Source: a virus
DNA length: 64,000 bases
IMG/VR virus record: IMGVR_UViG_3300037246_000452
Location: 1 to 64,000 of that record
Reading direction: 5' to 3' (one strand)
The translations under genes and the position numbers were made by a program. This document shows positions 28,164-38,539 of the stretch, piece after piece (position 1 is the first letter of the stretch; every line of letters starts with the position of its first letter). Below the pieces are notes generated by a model. It was not told the DNA's origin. It worked only from the letters and a program-made list of their open reading frames with translations, and ran no database searches.

Positions 28164-31100
28164 TTACGAATTGTTTAAATCAAAACTATAGCACCACTCT
28201 CTGAACTCTGTCAAGGCCTTCATTATTTCAGCCTCATCTTCAATCCCTATATGGGGTGGGTACTTATCATTTAGCTTTCTTATATCTTTGTCCCCGAAGT
28301 TCTCACAAATGCCTTTCCTCCGGGCATATGCTTTTAACCGTACCTTGGTTATAGCTATATCATGCTGTGCTTTCTTGATGCTCATACTACCTCCTTTGGT
28401 TGAACTTGTTTTACAAAATGCCATGGAGCACAGTTGGCCTTGCAGCATTTATTGTTTACCCTTCCTTGAGAAGAACAGTTGTAACCTCCTATATTATCAG
28501 CGCCTGAATTGTACCATCCTCTTCTCCAAGGACATTCTTTAGCCATCTTGCTCCATTTACCTTCAGCCATCATTTCACCTTATTTATAGTGGCAATATGT
28601 ATCGTACCCCTATCCTTTGTTTCTATCTCCACGATACTTCTTATCTCGTAATTATCATTGTCAACCCCAAGTAGTATCGTAGCCTTTTCAGCACAGAACG
28701 CTTCTTGGAAGAACTTCTCTACCTCGTCTTTCTTCTTTTCATCTTCTGGTGTCATGAGTCCCCCGGTGTGTCTCGTAGAGTCTGCCTTATCTTTCTAAAG
28801 TATATCTTTGCATCTAGTGTAAGCTCAAGATCACGCAAACCTACATCATCTAGTGCCTTGAGTACTCCTTCCATGTAATGAGCTATTGCCAATATATCAG
28901 GGAGCCTTGCTATCAGCTTTGCATTTGCATCCCTGTTGATCGGATTAATTCCATATTTCGAGGCTTCTGTTGATCTATCCATTTTACAGATCACACCTTC
29001 CCCTTTCTCAGTATCAACTACCACCCTTCCGTCTGAGTATCTCCATGGTCCGGGAGTTTCTCTCCAGATTCTTGGCGGTGGGGGTTTAAACTTCTCACAG
29101 TCTACACCATTAGCCTCAAGGAACTTGATCTGCCTTTCTGTGCCAGCCTCATTGATCTGTTTAGCCATTACACCACAGTGCTCATGTACCAGTTCATCTA
29201 TTTCGTTTTCCTTTTTATCGTTACTCATGATAACACCCCCACTACGTCAAAGTCTTTTGTATATGCCCCACCCCTGTGCATCAGAAGATTATCTGAGTTC
29301 TTTCCGTAATCTTCTGTAATAAGAAGTATTTCGTCCCCTTTATTGTATGTCATAGGTCCGATTGGCCGACCTGTGTCTAAGTGAGTGGGACACAGCATCT
29401 CATATTTAGTATTCTTCCGGTGTACCAATCTTACACCGTTCCTAAGCTTTACTATTTGTCCTTGCATGGCTCCTCCTGCGCTATAGGTTTCTCGTGCCCG
29501 CATATCCAACACTTATCTGACGTAGTGCCTGTGTCAAACTTCTGTCTCTTCTGACAGCCTTGGCAATACTGGACTTTCACTGTCTCGTCGGGGTTAATCA
29601 ATTTATCATAGCCGGTAAGCTCATACACGTCCTGCCATGTTGAGTCACACTCAGTACATTTGATCTCTTGCCATACACATCCGGCATCACTCTGTAAGGC
29701 CCCATCACCCTCGATCTTTTTGCCTCTACAGTTAGGGCATCTGGCTCCGCCATGCTCTATGTACTCCTTATCATTCATCATCTTCCGCCTCTCCTGTTGA
29801 TATGCTTTATTCTGGTTTTCTTAGGTACATGATTTCGGTTCTGTTTCTTAACCTTAGTCGTTGAGGTCTTGCACTTTCTTACAAACTTATCATGCCTTTC
29901 CTCGGCCTCAAACTCCCTCATCATTCTATCGAATCCATTTGAACCGTACATCTAATACTCCTTCGCTGCATTGTATAGCTTATCTAATAGTCGCATCAGC
30001 TCTTGCCTTTTTTCTCTCCCTTCGCTACAGAGGTGAATCCCGTTACAATCTTTCAGCCATGCCCCACAATCACTTTTTCTGATACTCTTTACCACTTCTA
30101 GCAACTGCTCCTTTGCCTCGTCTTCAGGCCTCACAGGGATGTATGTTTTACCGCAATCATCACATTGCTGCTCCTTACCCATCTGCTCCCCATCCCATAC
30201 ATGGCCGGCAGGGCATCCCGGGCACTGTACCATAAATGTTTCACTCCCGAGGGTGCCTACTACTGTCATTGAGGGTCGCCCACATCTGGTGTTATGATAA
30301 TCTTCGGCATTCATACTGCTACCTCCTCAATTAAGTCCTTCATAGTAGTGCCATTAACTGTATGTTCAAAGTCTGATAACCTATTTAACAAACATAGTCT
30401 CTGGCAGTCCTCCTCCTTATCCCCCTTCGATGGCATGTTCTCTGTAATAAGAGTCTGTATCTCTTCGATTCTGTTTTCTAATGAATGGATTAAGTCTGGT
30501 AGTTCCATTATACCAACCCCCTCGCGCCATGCTTTAGTACTTTGGGATTCATGGAGAATTTAAAGTCCCCAAATTCAAGGATGTCAGTGTGCATCAGATG
30601 TTCTACAAGCAACTTCTTTGTCGCCCGGATGTAAGGTCTTGATACCTCCTTACCTTTACTCAGGGTTACCTCAGTTACGGGCTCCTTCATTGTACCAATC
30701 CTCATAAAGATTCCTGTCTTTGGCTTCTTGTTTATCCCACTACTCTGAACCATTAATTCTAACATCTACTTTCTCCCTGTAGTGGTCATCAGTATTGTAC
30801 CGTGACCATCAGTTAATGTTGTGACCACATGGCCGGGATAAATTACGTTTCTATTAGTATGGCGCCTCATATCCTTGGCCAGATTATTGAGATACTTCGT
30901 AAAATTTACTCTCAGCTTATGCATCGCATGCCATCCCTGAATCTGAGCCCCATATTCTGAGGTATTCCTGAGCCAGCTTGTTACCCTCTGTATTCATTTC
31001 CAATTCCTCAATAGGATGTAGAGTACCGTCCGTCCCACCTGACCCTGCGTTGTATGTTGGGTCTTGCCATACTGGCTTGTCTCCATAAGATGACTCTTGC

Positions 31101-31216
31101 ATGACTGAAATACTGTCTATCCAAAACCCCTTCGGCTTGATCGTTACAGCACGTCTGTTCTTACCTACACTCTCCACTACCTGACAATTTCCTACTGTCT
31201 TCTTCGTGATACTCAT
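28164..31216 (-). other. cluster of small accessory hypothetical genes (several zinc-ribbon)
   Basis: ORFs 28164, 28382, 28570, 28752, 29225, 29452, 29952, 30311, 30508, 30917. Confidence 0.6.
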
Positions 31217-31272
31217 TTCGCCCTCCATGGCTTTGGTTGTTGATTTGTTTTATTAATTTTTGATTATACGTA

Positions 31273-31322
31273 ATTATAACTTATTGGTTTTAGTTTGTCA
31301 AGTTTATTTGCAGTTAATTGCA
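31273..31322 (-). promoter_or_regulatory. consensus sigma70 promoter with 14-bp palindrome upstream
   Basis: TTGACA(31296-301)-N17-TATAAT; palindrome 31309-31322. Confidence 0.85.
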
Positions 31323-31726
31323 ATTAATAATCTCTTAATAAGACCTTCCTTCCATAGAGTACATTCGGAGTGGTACTCAGGTATAGGACTACCCTCTAGG
31401 TATCGATCTAGTGGCGTATCATAGTTTGGATAGCCACTGCATACCTCAGGCCTGTCCTTGTGGATGCTACACCCCTCCTTGCTTCTCCTGAGACAAGTAA
31501 AGTACGCTGTTGGCCCAGTAGCCTCTCGGGCTGTCAGTAGGTAAGGATTTAATCTCTGGGCTGTCTCCTCAGGTATCATCACCCAGTTTTCTTGAATGAA
31601 TAACATATCCCCACTTGCACCATTATTCTTATCCATAAACCATCGAGCTTGATGCTCCCCGGTGAGGCGGATTACCTCGCAGCATTTGGTACACCTCTTA
31701 CCTTCTATTATACAATGTTCACTCAT
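31304..31726 (-). CDS. CxxCC zinc/iron-chelating (YkgJ-like) protein
   Basis: CTKCC...C...CSIHKDRPEVCSGYP motif. Confidence 0.75.
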   Translation of the reverse strand: MSEHCIIEGKRCTKCCEVIRLTGEHQARWFMDKNNGASGDMLFIQENWVMIPEETAQRLNPYLLTAREATGPTAYFTCLRRSKEGCSIHKDRPEVCSGYPNYDTPLDRYLEGSPIPEYHSECTLWKEGLIKRLLIAINCK

Positions 31727-33762
31727 CCAAATAATCCTCCCTTTAGTGGGTTCTTATTTGGTGGCTCCTCTCCTTTTTCTTTAGCAATCATATTCTCTAT
31801 CGCCCACTTACTCCGCTCAGCCCGGTTAAGCATAGTGCTCAGTATTCGTATTTGACTTTTCTTCCTCCACCTAAATGCTTCCATGGCCTCAAGCTCCGTA
31901 GGATGAGCAAACCTTTTACGACTCGTGTTAGAAATCCACCGGGGTTTATCATACGCTGACCATAAGTTTCCACGCTTCCTCGGCCCTATCCACCAACCAC
32001 AGGGAGTCTCTCTGTCTCCCTCATAGATTGCTAGATTGATTGTAGTCCCGTGCTCATAATGAGTTTCTACATATCGGTAAAATAGCTTTCCCTCCATTAA
32101 CCCTCGTCCTCCTTCGTCAGTCTCGCCATTGTCAGTGCAGATATAACCTCACATATCTTGCTACGCGCTTTTAGAAGATGACCTCTTGGTCTCAGTTGCT
32201 TCTCCGCTTCTATCCTATCTTCCAAATGCCTTTTGGTAATCTCTGCCTCTGCCAGTATATCTGCATAAGGTATGCTCATGAGCCCTCCTTACGGTATTCT
32301 TCCATAATTTTAATACAACCTTTCAGACTTATTAGAGCACTCAGTTTATGGGGCACATACCTCGCACATGATCGATTCTGATAACAGCCTTTAGCTACAC
32401 AGGCGGGGGCAGGTGTACCTATCTCACATCGGCCTCCACAGGTATAAGCACTTAGGTTAAAGTACTGCTCTCGATAGGGGTCTCTCTGCTTAAGGTTCGG
32501 AATAAAGAGGTGTCTTTCTGGTATCTCTGCTCCAGTAAGTACATCAAATACTTTACCCTCCCGCTTCATCCCAAACTTACTACCTGTTACCTTTGAGATT
32601 ATCCTTAACTTTTCAAGCATCAGTCCTCCTCCTTATCTTCCGTATGTTCTATTACTCCAGCAAGATCGTAATCTCCGTTTTTAATAGCTTTCAAGCCAGT
32701 GGCCTGTACTACATGAGTGATATGAGCATCTATCTCGCCCTTGGCCTCCATCACAGTCTGGTCTACCTGCTTATTAAATTGTTGTTCTACAAATGGGATA
32801 TCTGAGGTTATATGCTGCTTTAACATTTGCACTGATCTGAGTATCTCTTCAAGATCACCCTTGCCGGCCTTACCTTTCTTTAGTTGTTCCTGTATCTTCT
32901 CAATAGTATCATCCGCCTTGCTCCCTATGCCATGCATACTTTTCTTGAATTCATGGGAGAACTCCGCACGTTTACTAATGGTTTCACATCTTTCCATGGC
33001 AATCCCATCAACCCTATCTATAGTACAAGGAACTCCATCCCCGACACCCATATTAGTCATCGCTTCCGCAAATTGTGTGTACGACATAGACACTTCGACA
33101 ATAGGTGGGCCATTACCTCCACTACTTGGCCAGTCCTTATGTAGGTGCCGGTTCATATGCGCTCTTGATATCTTTAGCGTGATGTAGTTACTATGCTTAA
33201 TGGACGACCCGAACATTTCTGCCGGTGGATTACATTGAACTCTGGAGAACCCTACTAACCCATAGGATTCATGTTGGTATTCCAATTCCTCACCCCCACC
33301 ACAAGCCTTCTTCTTTACTATTTTAATTGCCATATTATACTCCTGCTGCTTTAGCTATTGTATTCAGTTCATTGTCTGGTAGAAAAGCCAGTTTTAAAAT
33401 ACAGCCCCACCCTCTAACCATTTTTCCCCGTCCCAGAAATAATTAAACTCCTGTACCTCATGCTCCATAGCTGCCCCAACAGATGGGTAACTTCTTGCTT
33501 TTTGTTCAGTTTCTCCCCGATCTCTTTCGTAGAAAGTGGAATAACCCTTTATCCTGTTATCAAAGTTATGGCCTTCGGGGCATTCAAGACTTTCTCTAAG
33601 GGATGATACATTACCTAAAGCTATGAGTGCCTCGGCCTTTTCCTGAGAATGATAATGTTTTATGAGCGTTACCCCAACTCCATCATGGTATCCATCCCAG
33701 TGATTGTATATTGTTTTTACACCATTCCTTGTCTTTACTGTGATACTTGCTCTTGTTCCCAT
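31723..33762 (-). other. cluster of accessory hypothetical genes
   Basis: ORFs 31723, 32097, 32276, 32620 (237 aa), 33394 (MGTR...YNHWDGY phage-type motif). Confidence 0.6.
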
Positions 33763-33815
33763 GATGGCCTCCTGCCGTTTTGTTTGTTTTTTTTTTTGTT
33801 TTTTGATTATAAGTA

Positions 33816-33866
33816 ATTATAACTTTTTATAAGTGGTTTGTCAAGGATTAAATGCAGTTAATTGCA
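33816..33866 (-). promoter_or_regulatory. consensus sigma70 promoter with 14-bp palindrome upstream
   Basis: TTGACA(33839-44)-N17-TATAAT; palindrome 33853-33866. Confidence 0.85.
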
Positions 33867-34266
33867 ATCTGGTACATTTTTATTGTACTGGTATATCTCC
33901 ATCACTCCACGGTCCATCGTCATCATCGTTACCTTTAAACCATACCATTCCTGCTATAAATAATGCTATCAGTACTGCGTGTAATACCCTTGTCTGTAGT
34001 TCGTCCATACCTTCCTCCTTAGTTATAATACTCGTTCCATGTCCTTGCCTTAATACGCCTCACGACTACTTTACAAAAATCACAGTTAGCTTCTGCGGGG
34101 CATAAGTCTGCCGGGTCTACATGTACTATCTTAAAACCCGCTGTCTTACAAATATTACCATGAGTTACCTCAACCACTTTGGCCTCTTTCTTATCGGGGT
34201 CATACGTTACCAAGTTCACCTTCCTTCTCATACCCATAACTTCCTCCTTATGCAATTAAGTGCAAC

Positions 34267-36228
34267 CTATTCATCCTCACCCTCTTCCATGTCCTCTACT
34301 TCCGCTGCTTTCATGTTGTCCTTCTTAACCATCTCTATTACTGAGTTCGGTATCTGAGATGGGTTTAGCTTATGCCTTATCCATAGCTCAGTCCTCATCG
34401 TAAGTCCATATACAACACCGGCCACAGCATCGGCCACATCGTTACTACCGTTTGGTGGATGATCTATCTTTCCGGTCTTAGGGTCTTTCTCAAGAGAGAC
34501 AAATTCCTTCCGTAGCTTATCATGCCGGGGGATTATTAACCTTCTATCATAGAGTGCTGTCTTCGTCATATAGTAAGGCGCTGACGGTACTGAATCAATC
34601 GATTGCTGGCCGGTTATGAATCCCTTCTGTCTGAGTATTTGCTGAGAGTCCCTAGACTGGTACTGGTCAAAGCTTACCCACTGGATATTGAGTCCGAGTT
34701 GTTTCAGTTTATACAGCATAGCCCTGATCTTTCCGAATATAATCTCACCGTTCTTTGGTGGACTTACCTCCAGAGTGCCATCCAAATGTATCTCTGGCAG
34801 TATCTCTTCAACATCCCCTCGATCTATATTCACAAACCTCTTTACATGGCCTATAGCTATACCCGCACTGTCTCCTGTCACTGCAAGGTCGATATGCACC
34901 CAGCGAGGCTCATCAGGTCTTACAAACATATCTGGGAGCAGACTTAGCTTGACGTTCTTGAAGTCCACCTTCTCATTATTAAAGATGGAATATATCTCAT
35001 CTGACATGGCCTCACTAACAGCTTCAGTCTCCAGTATAAACGGATGCCTTGCAAGGGTGGATACTCCCGCAATCTCTCGAAGGGCATCAATAATGTCTGT
35101 CTCAAATTCGGGCTTGAACTCTATCGGAATATCCTTGACTAACTCCGCGTCATCCTCATGTACTTCCTCCCCTTCCTCAAGCATTCTGGGCTTTCTGGCA
35201 TCATCTCCTATAAATACTCTAAACCATATCCCTAGAAAGTCATCTGGCTTAATATCCCACACTCTTTTATCATAAACGTATATCTGGGATGTCCCCTTCT
35301 CAGCTACTTCCTTATCCCTCTCCGCCTCTTTTATGTCTGTGAACTGTCCCGGGTACCTCTTCGATGAGACTAGACAAAGGATGCCGGGGAGTTTACCTGC
35401 CTTCAGGAAACGTGACTTCCTTCTACGTGCAATGGAGTTATACACTGCTACGGCCTGATCATATGTTCCTCCATCAACACTTGCCTTCGAGTTCTCCGTT
35501 ACTGACATGTAGTTCAGTTCATCTATCAGTCCCCCGATAACATTCTGTCCAATGGCTGCTGAGTCCGAACCTGATACAGGCTTGACTATAATTCTATTCG
35601 GAAACCTCATCTCTGACTCCAGATTCCTGTCGAAGGGAAACTCATTCTGGAAATAAGGACTCTTCTGAATCATATCCTTGAACCTCATGAAGTCAACCCC
35701 CTTAGCCAGTGCTGCCGTGATACTCTGGAATATAAACTCAATCTCGTGCGATGAGTCCAGCCCAAACTCTGCGTGGGGGTTCCTCATACAAGACAACAGG
35801 TACACCTGATAAGCATTGAGGTATATTGCTATTGTAGTTTTAGCTGACCCGATTCCGCCAGTAAGTACTACCTCTATATACTTACCCGAACTCATCTCCT
35901 CAATATAATCCATTACAATAGGATACACTTCGTTACCTTTGTTCAGAAAGTAAGGGTCTTCTACAAACTGCCTTACTGATACAGGTTGCGTTCTCCATTT
36001 GATGTTCTTCTTCATATGAGCAAACGTATTATTCCCTGCATGTAGGCCGGCCAGATCAAGTACAACACTCTTGAAGAACTTCTCCCTCAGTGCTGGCTTG
36101 CCTATCTCCATGCCCACTTTATATACAGCCTCACCTCTATCTCCCCCTAACGCTTCTATCAGGAATTCCTTTGCATGGGTCTCACTTACTTTCTTAGTTA
36201 ACATCGATTGGCTCCTCCAACTTCCCAT
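34267..36228 (-). CDS. terminase large subunit
   Basis: Walker A VLTGGIGSAKTT, Walker B GGLIDE, nuclease HIDLA, FDQYQS, KIDHPPNGSNDVADA. Confidence 0.9.
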   Translation of the reverse strand: MGSWRSQSMLTKKVSETHAKEFLIEALGGDRGEAVYKVGMEIGKPALREKFFKSVVLDLAGLHAGNNTFAHMKKNIKWRTQPVSVRQFVEDPYFLNKGNEVYPIVMDYIEEMSSGKYIEVVLTGGIGSAKTTIAIYLNAYQVYLLSCMRNPHAEFGLDSSHEIEFIFQSITAALAKGVDFMRFKDMIQKSPYFQNEFPFDRNLESEMRFPNRIIVKPVSGSDSAAIGQNVIGGLIDELNYMSVTENSKASVDGGTYDQAVAVYNSIARRRKSRFLKAGKLPGILCLVSSKRYPGQFTDIKEAERDKEVAEKGTSQIYVYDKRVWDIKPDDFLGIWFRVFIGDDARKPRMLEEGEEVHEDDAELVKDIPIEFKPEFETDIIDALREIAGVSTLARHPFILETEAVSEAMSDEIYSIFNNEKVDFKNVKLSLLPDMFVRPDEPRWVHIDLAVTGDSAGIAIGHVKRFVNIDRGDVEEILPEIHLDGTLEVSPPKNGEIIFGKIRAMLYKLKQLGLNIQWVSFDQYQSRDSQQILRQKGFITGQQSIDSVPSAPYYMTKTALYDRRLIIPRHDKLRKEFVSLEKDPKTGKIDHPPNGSNDVADAVAGVVYGLTMRTELWIRHKLNPSQIPNSVIEMVKKDNMKAAEVEDMEEGEDE

Positions 36229-36841
36229 ACTTAAAAATTTCTATAACTTTCTGTGTAGCTATGGCCAGTTGTTCATTATCTTCCTTTGACTCCACATGGA
36301 GCTGTTGTACTTCGGTGTCCGTCATAGAGAACGACCCTATCAGATGTTTCTGTATTGGCGCCACCTTCTTAAGTAATCCCAGATCAAACTGGAGGTCCGA
36401 AAGCTGATTTAGTAAGTCCTTCATAAGACCCATCTCTTTCCGCATAGCATCAAATAGCAGGGGGGCTCCGTGTTCCTTATTGTACAGCTTCTGCATCCTC
36501 ATCATCTGCATCTCTACAAGCTCCGTGAGAGCCGTATGGGCATCTATCCTCTTATCTACAGGTGTGAAGATGGTCAGGGTGTCTACCTTGTCCTCTGTGC
36601 CCTTTGTGTCGCTTGGAATCAGTACCTTACTATGCAAGTGAGGTGTGATTTTATCTTTCTTATACCTGACAAGCTGCTTCTGGAGTGTCCCCGGCTTCAT
36701 ATCAGTCAGTAACTTCCACTCTTCTTGTATCTTCGCTACTACTTTGGGCGCACTGGTGTTTTTGATAAGCATAGACTCGATGATATCTAGCTTAGCCTGC
36801 CCCAGCCCTGTGAGTGTCTTGTACTGCCTTACTACAGCCAT
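36194..36841 (-). CDS. putative terminase small subunit
   Basis: Directly upstream of TerL; helical N-terminal HTH-like region plus coiled coil. Confidence 0.5.
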   Translation of the reverse strand: MAVVRQYKTLTGLGQAKLDIIESMLIKNTSAPKVVAKIQEEWKLLTDMKPGTLQKQLVRYKKDKITPHLHSKVLIPSDTKGTEDKVDTLTIFTPVDKRIDAHTALTELVEMQMMRMQKLYNKEHGAPLLFDAMRKEMGLMKDLLNQLSDLQFDLGLLKKVAPIQKHLIGSFSMTDTEVQQLHVESKEDNEQLAIATQKVIEIFKYGKLEEPIDVN

Positions 36842-36842
36842 C

Positions 36843-37676
36843 TTATCCTCCCATATTCTCTATCGTAGGGTCTACTCCATCCGCCAGCCCAGATATATCT
36901 ACTTCTTTGGTTACTGAGAGCAACCTCTCCGACAGAGTGGGGTCATTTGCAATTAGTTGCACAGCTGCGGATAGTATATCATCTATTGACCTACTGTTAG
37001 CCTTACACATCTGACCTAAAGTCCTGAAGCCCTCCCTATCTTTAGCCTTCATCCTTAACCAGATATTCTCCTGCCCGTTGAAGTCAAAAATCATGTAGCC
37101 ATAGTCCAGTGTATCTCCGAAGGTACTGAATAGGTGGTTCAACACTTTGCTCAGGTCATCTATAGTCTTGATCTCTTTTGCTGCCTGAGTAAACTCGGCT
37201 TGCATCTCCTTGGGAAGACTCTTCTTGGTCTGTTTAATCAGTTTAGCAAACTCTGCATCATCTGCAAAACCGAAGGCATCCTGTAATAAGTCTTCTTCAT
37301 ACTTATCCGACACTGACTGATACATATTCATGAACTTCTCAGGGTCAAGCTTACCCCTGATCATATTCATCCTTACAACTTGAAAGGTCTCAGCATCCCC
37401 ATCAAAGTTCGGGTCTGTAATCACCGTGCAGGGCACTGTCTCAAAGTCCAGATACTTAGCGGCCTCCCACCTGTGATGACCACCCACAATACGGTATGTT
37501 CCCTCATCAAGAGGTCTTACAAAGATGGGGTCTACTATCCCTACCTGTGCATAGTTATCACAGAGCAGATCGAAAGATCGGGCATCCATCTTGTTCGGGT
37601 TGTTCTCATTCGGAACCAACTGGTCTATAGGTAAGTCCACCCGCTTATGACTCTTTGTTAATTCTTTGGCATCCAT
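36843..37676 (-). CDS. ParB/Srx-fold protein
   Basis: PNENNPNKM, GIVDPIFVR, YRIVGGHHRWEAA. Confidence 0.85.
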   Translation of the reverse strand: MDAKELTKSHKRVDLPIDQLVPNENNPNKMDARSFDLLCDNYAQVGIVDPIFVRPLDEGTYRIVGGHHRWEAAKYLDFETVPCTVITDPNFDGDAETFQVVRMNMIRGKLDPEKFMNMYQSVSDKYEEDLLQDAFGFADDAEFAKLIKQTKKSLPKEMQAEFTQAAKEIKTIDDLSKVLNHLFSTFGDTLDYGYMIFDFNGQENIWLRMKAKDREGFRTLGQMCKANSRSIDDILSAAVQLIANDPTLSERLLSVTKEVDISGLADGVDPTIENMGG

Positions 37677-37677
37677 C

Positions 37678-38328
37678 TTAAACCTCCCTCAAAAAGTTTA
37701 ATGTATATCCTTCTGCATACTTATGGCCACACTTGGCCCCAATCACTTTATGTACTGCTTCTATGTTTTCCATCGATCTTGGATGAACGCCACTCCTTGC
37801 CTCCCTCCGGTACTGCTCTATTGCAATTAATTTCACCATCAAGTCATTAGCAGTCATAGGGATGAAATAATTGGCACTGGTCGGTATTCCGTCAAACGCA
37901 TGTGCTTCTAATATCCTGACTACTCCCTGTAGGTTAGCAGGTCTTAGTGCTATCTTGCAAGCATGATTTAAAAATTTATGATCTTGGTTCATATCTGAGG
38001 CCGAGGGTATTACTACTTCGTGGGGACTAAAGGTACTTAATACTCCCTCTATCCTCTCCAGTATCTTATAGTAGCCTACTTGTGCCGGCTCTCCCTCGGT
38101 CAGGTTCATACATCTATGCAGCTGATAGCCCAGCTTCTCTTTAGCTTGCATAAAATCCAAGCACTGCTCTGCGTATGATTCATCCACGGTCTCCTTGCCA
38201 TACTCATACACCCTACCGTACACTGTGAGTACAAATACTTCCCCGCCCTCACGAATTCTTCTAACAACTAAAGCCCCCGTTGAGAGGGCTTCGTCGTCCA
38301 TATGTGCTGCTATTATTAAAGTTCTCAT
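37678..38328 (-). CDS. PIG-L / LmbE-family N-deacetylase
   Basis: IAAHMDDE, DMNQDH, HPRS, AEGY motifs. Confidence 0.85.
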   Translation of the reverse strand: MRTLIIAAHMDDEALSTGALVVRRIREGGEVFVLTVYGRVYEYGKETVDESYAEQCLDFMQAKEKLGYQLHRCMNLTEGEPAQVGYYKILERIEGVLSTFSPHEVVIPSASDMNQDHKFLNHACKIALRPANLQGVVRILEAHAFDGIPTSANYFIPMTANDLMVKLIAIEQYRREARSGVHPRSMENIEAVHKVIGAKCGHKYAEGYTLNFLREV

Positions 38329-38348
38329 CTTTACTCCCTATTGCTTGT

Positions 38349-38531
38349 TTAAGCTTGGACAAGTCTTCTGTGCTTTGTTATTTGTTGATACCTGTAGGCA
38401 TAGCCAGCATTAACAAATTCCTTTTCCGTGCCGGTAAAGTTTTTAGATTTAGAACTAAAGACCTGTTCGTACTGGAAAGGACTTACTTCTTTGTATCCTA
38501 TGCTCTCTACGTCATCTGGTAATTGTGTCAT
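38349..38531 (-). CDS. small hypothetical protein (possible gene remnant)
   Basis: 60-aa ORF with SD between deacetylase and MgsA-C-like gene. Confidence 0.4.
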   Translation of the reverse strand: MTQLPDDVESIGYKEVSPFQYEQVFSSKSKNFTGTEKEFVNAGYAYRYQQITKHRRLVQA

Positions 38532-38539
38532 TTTATCTC

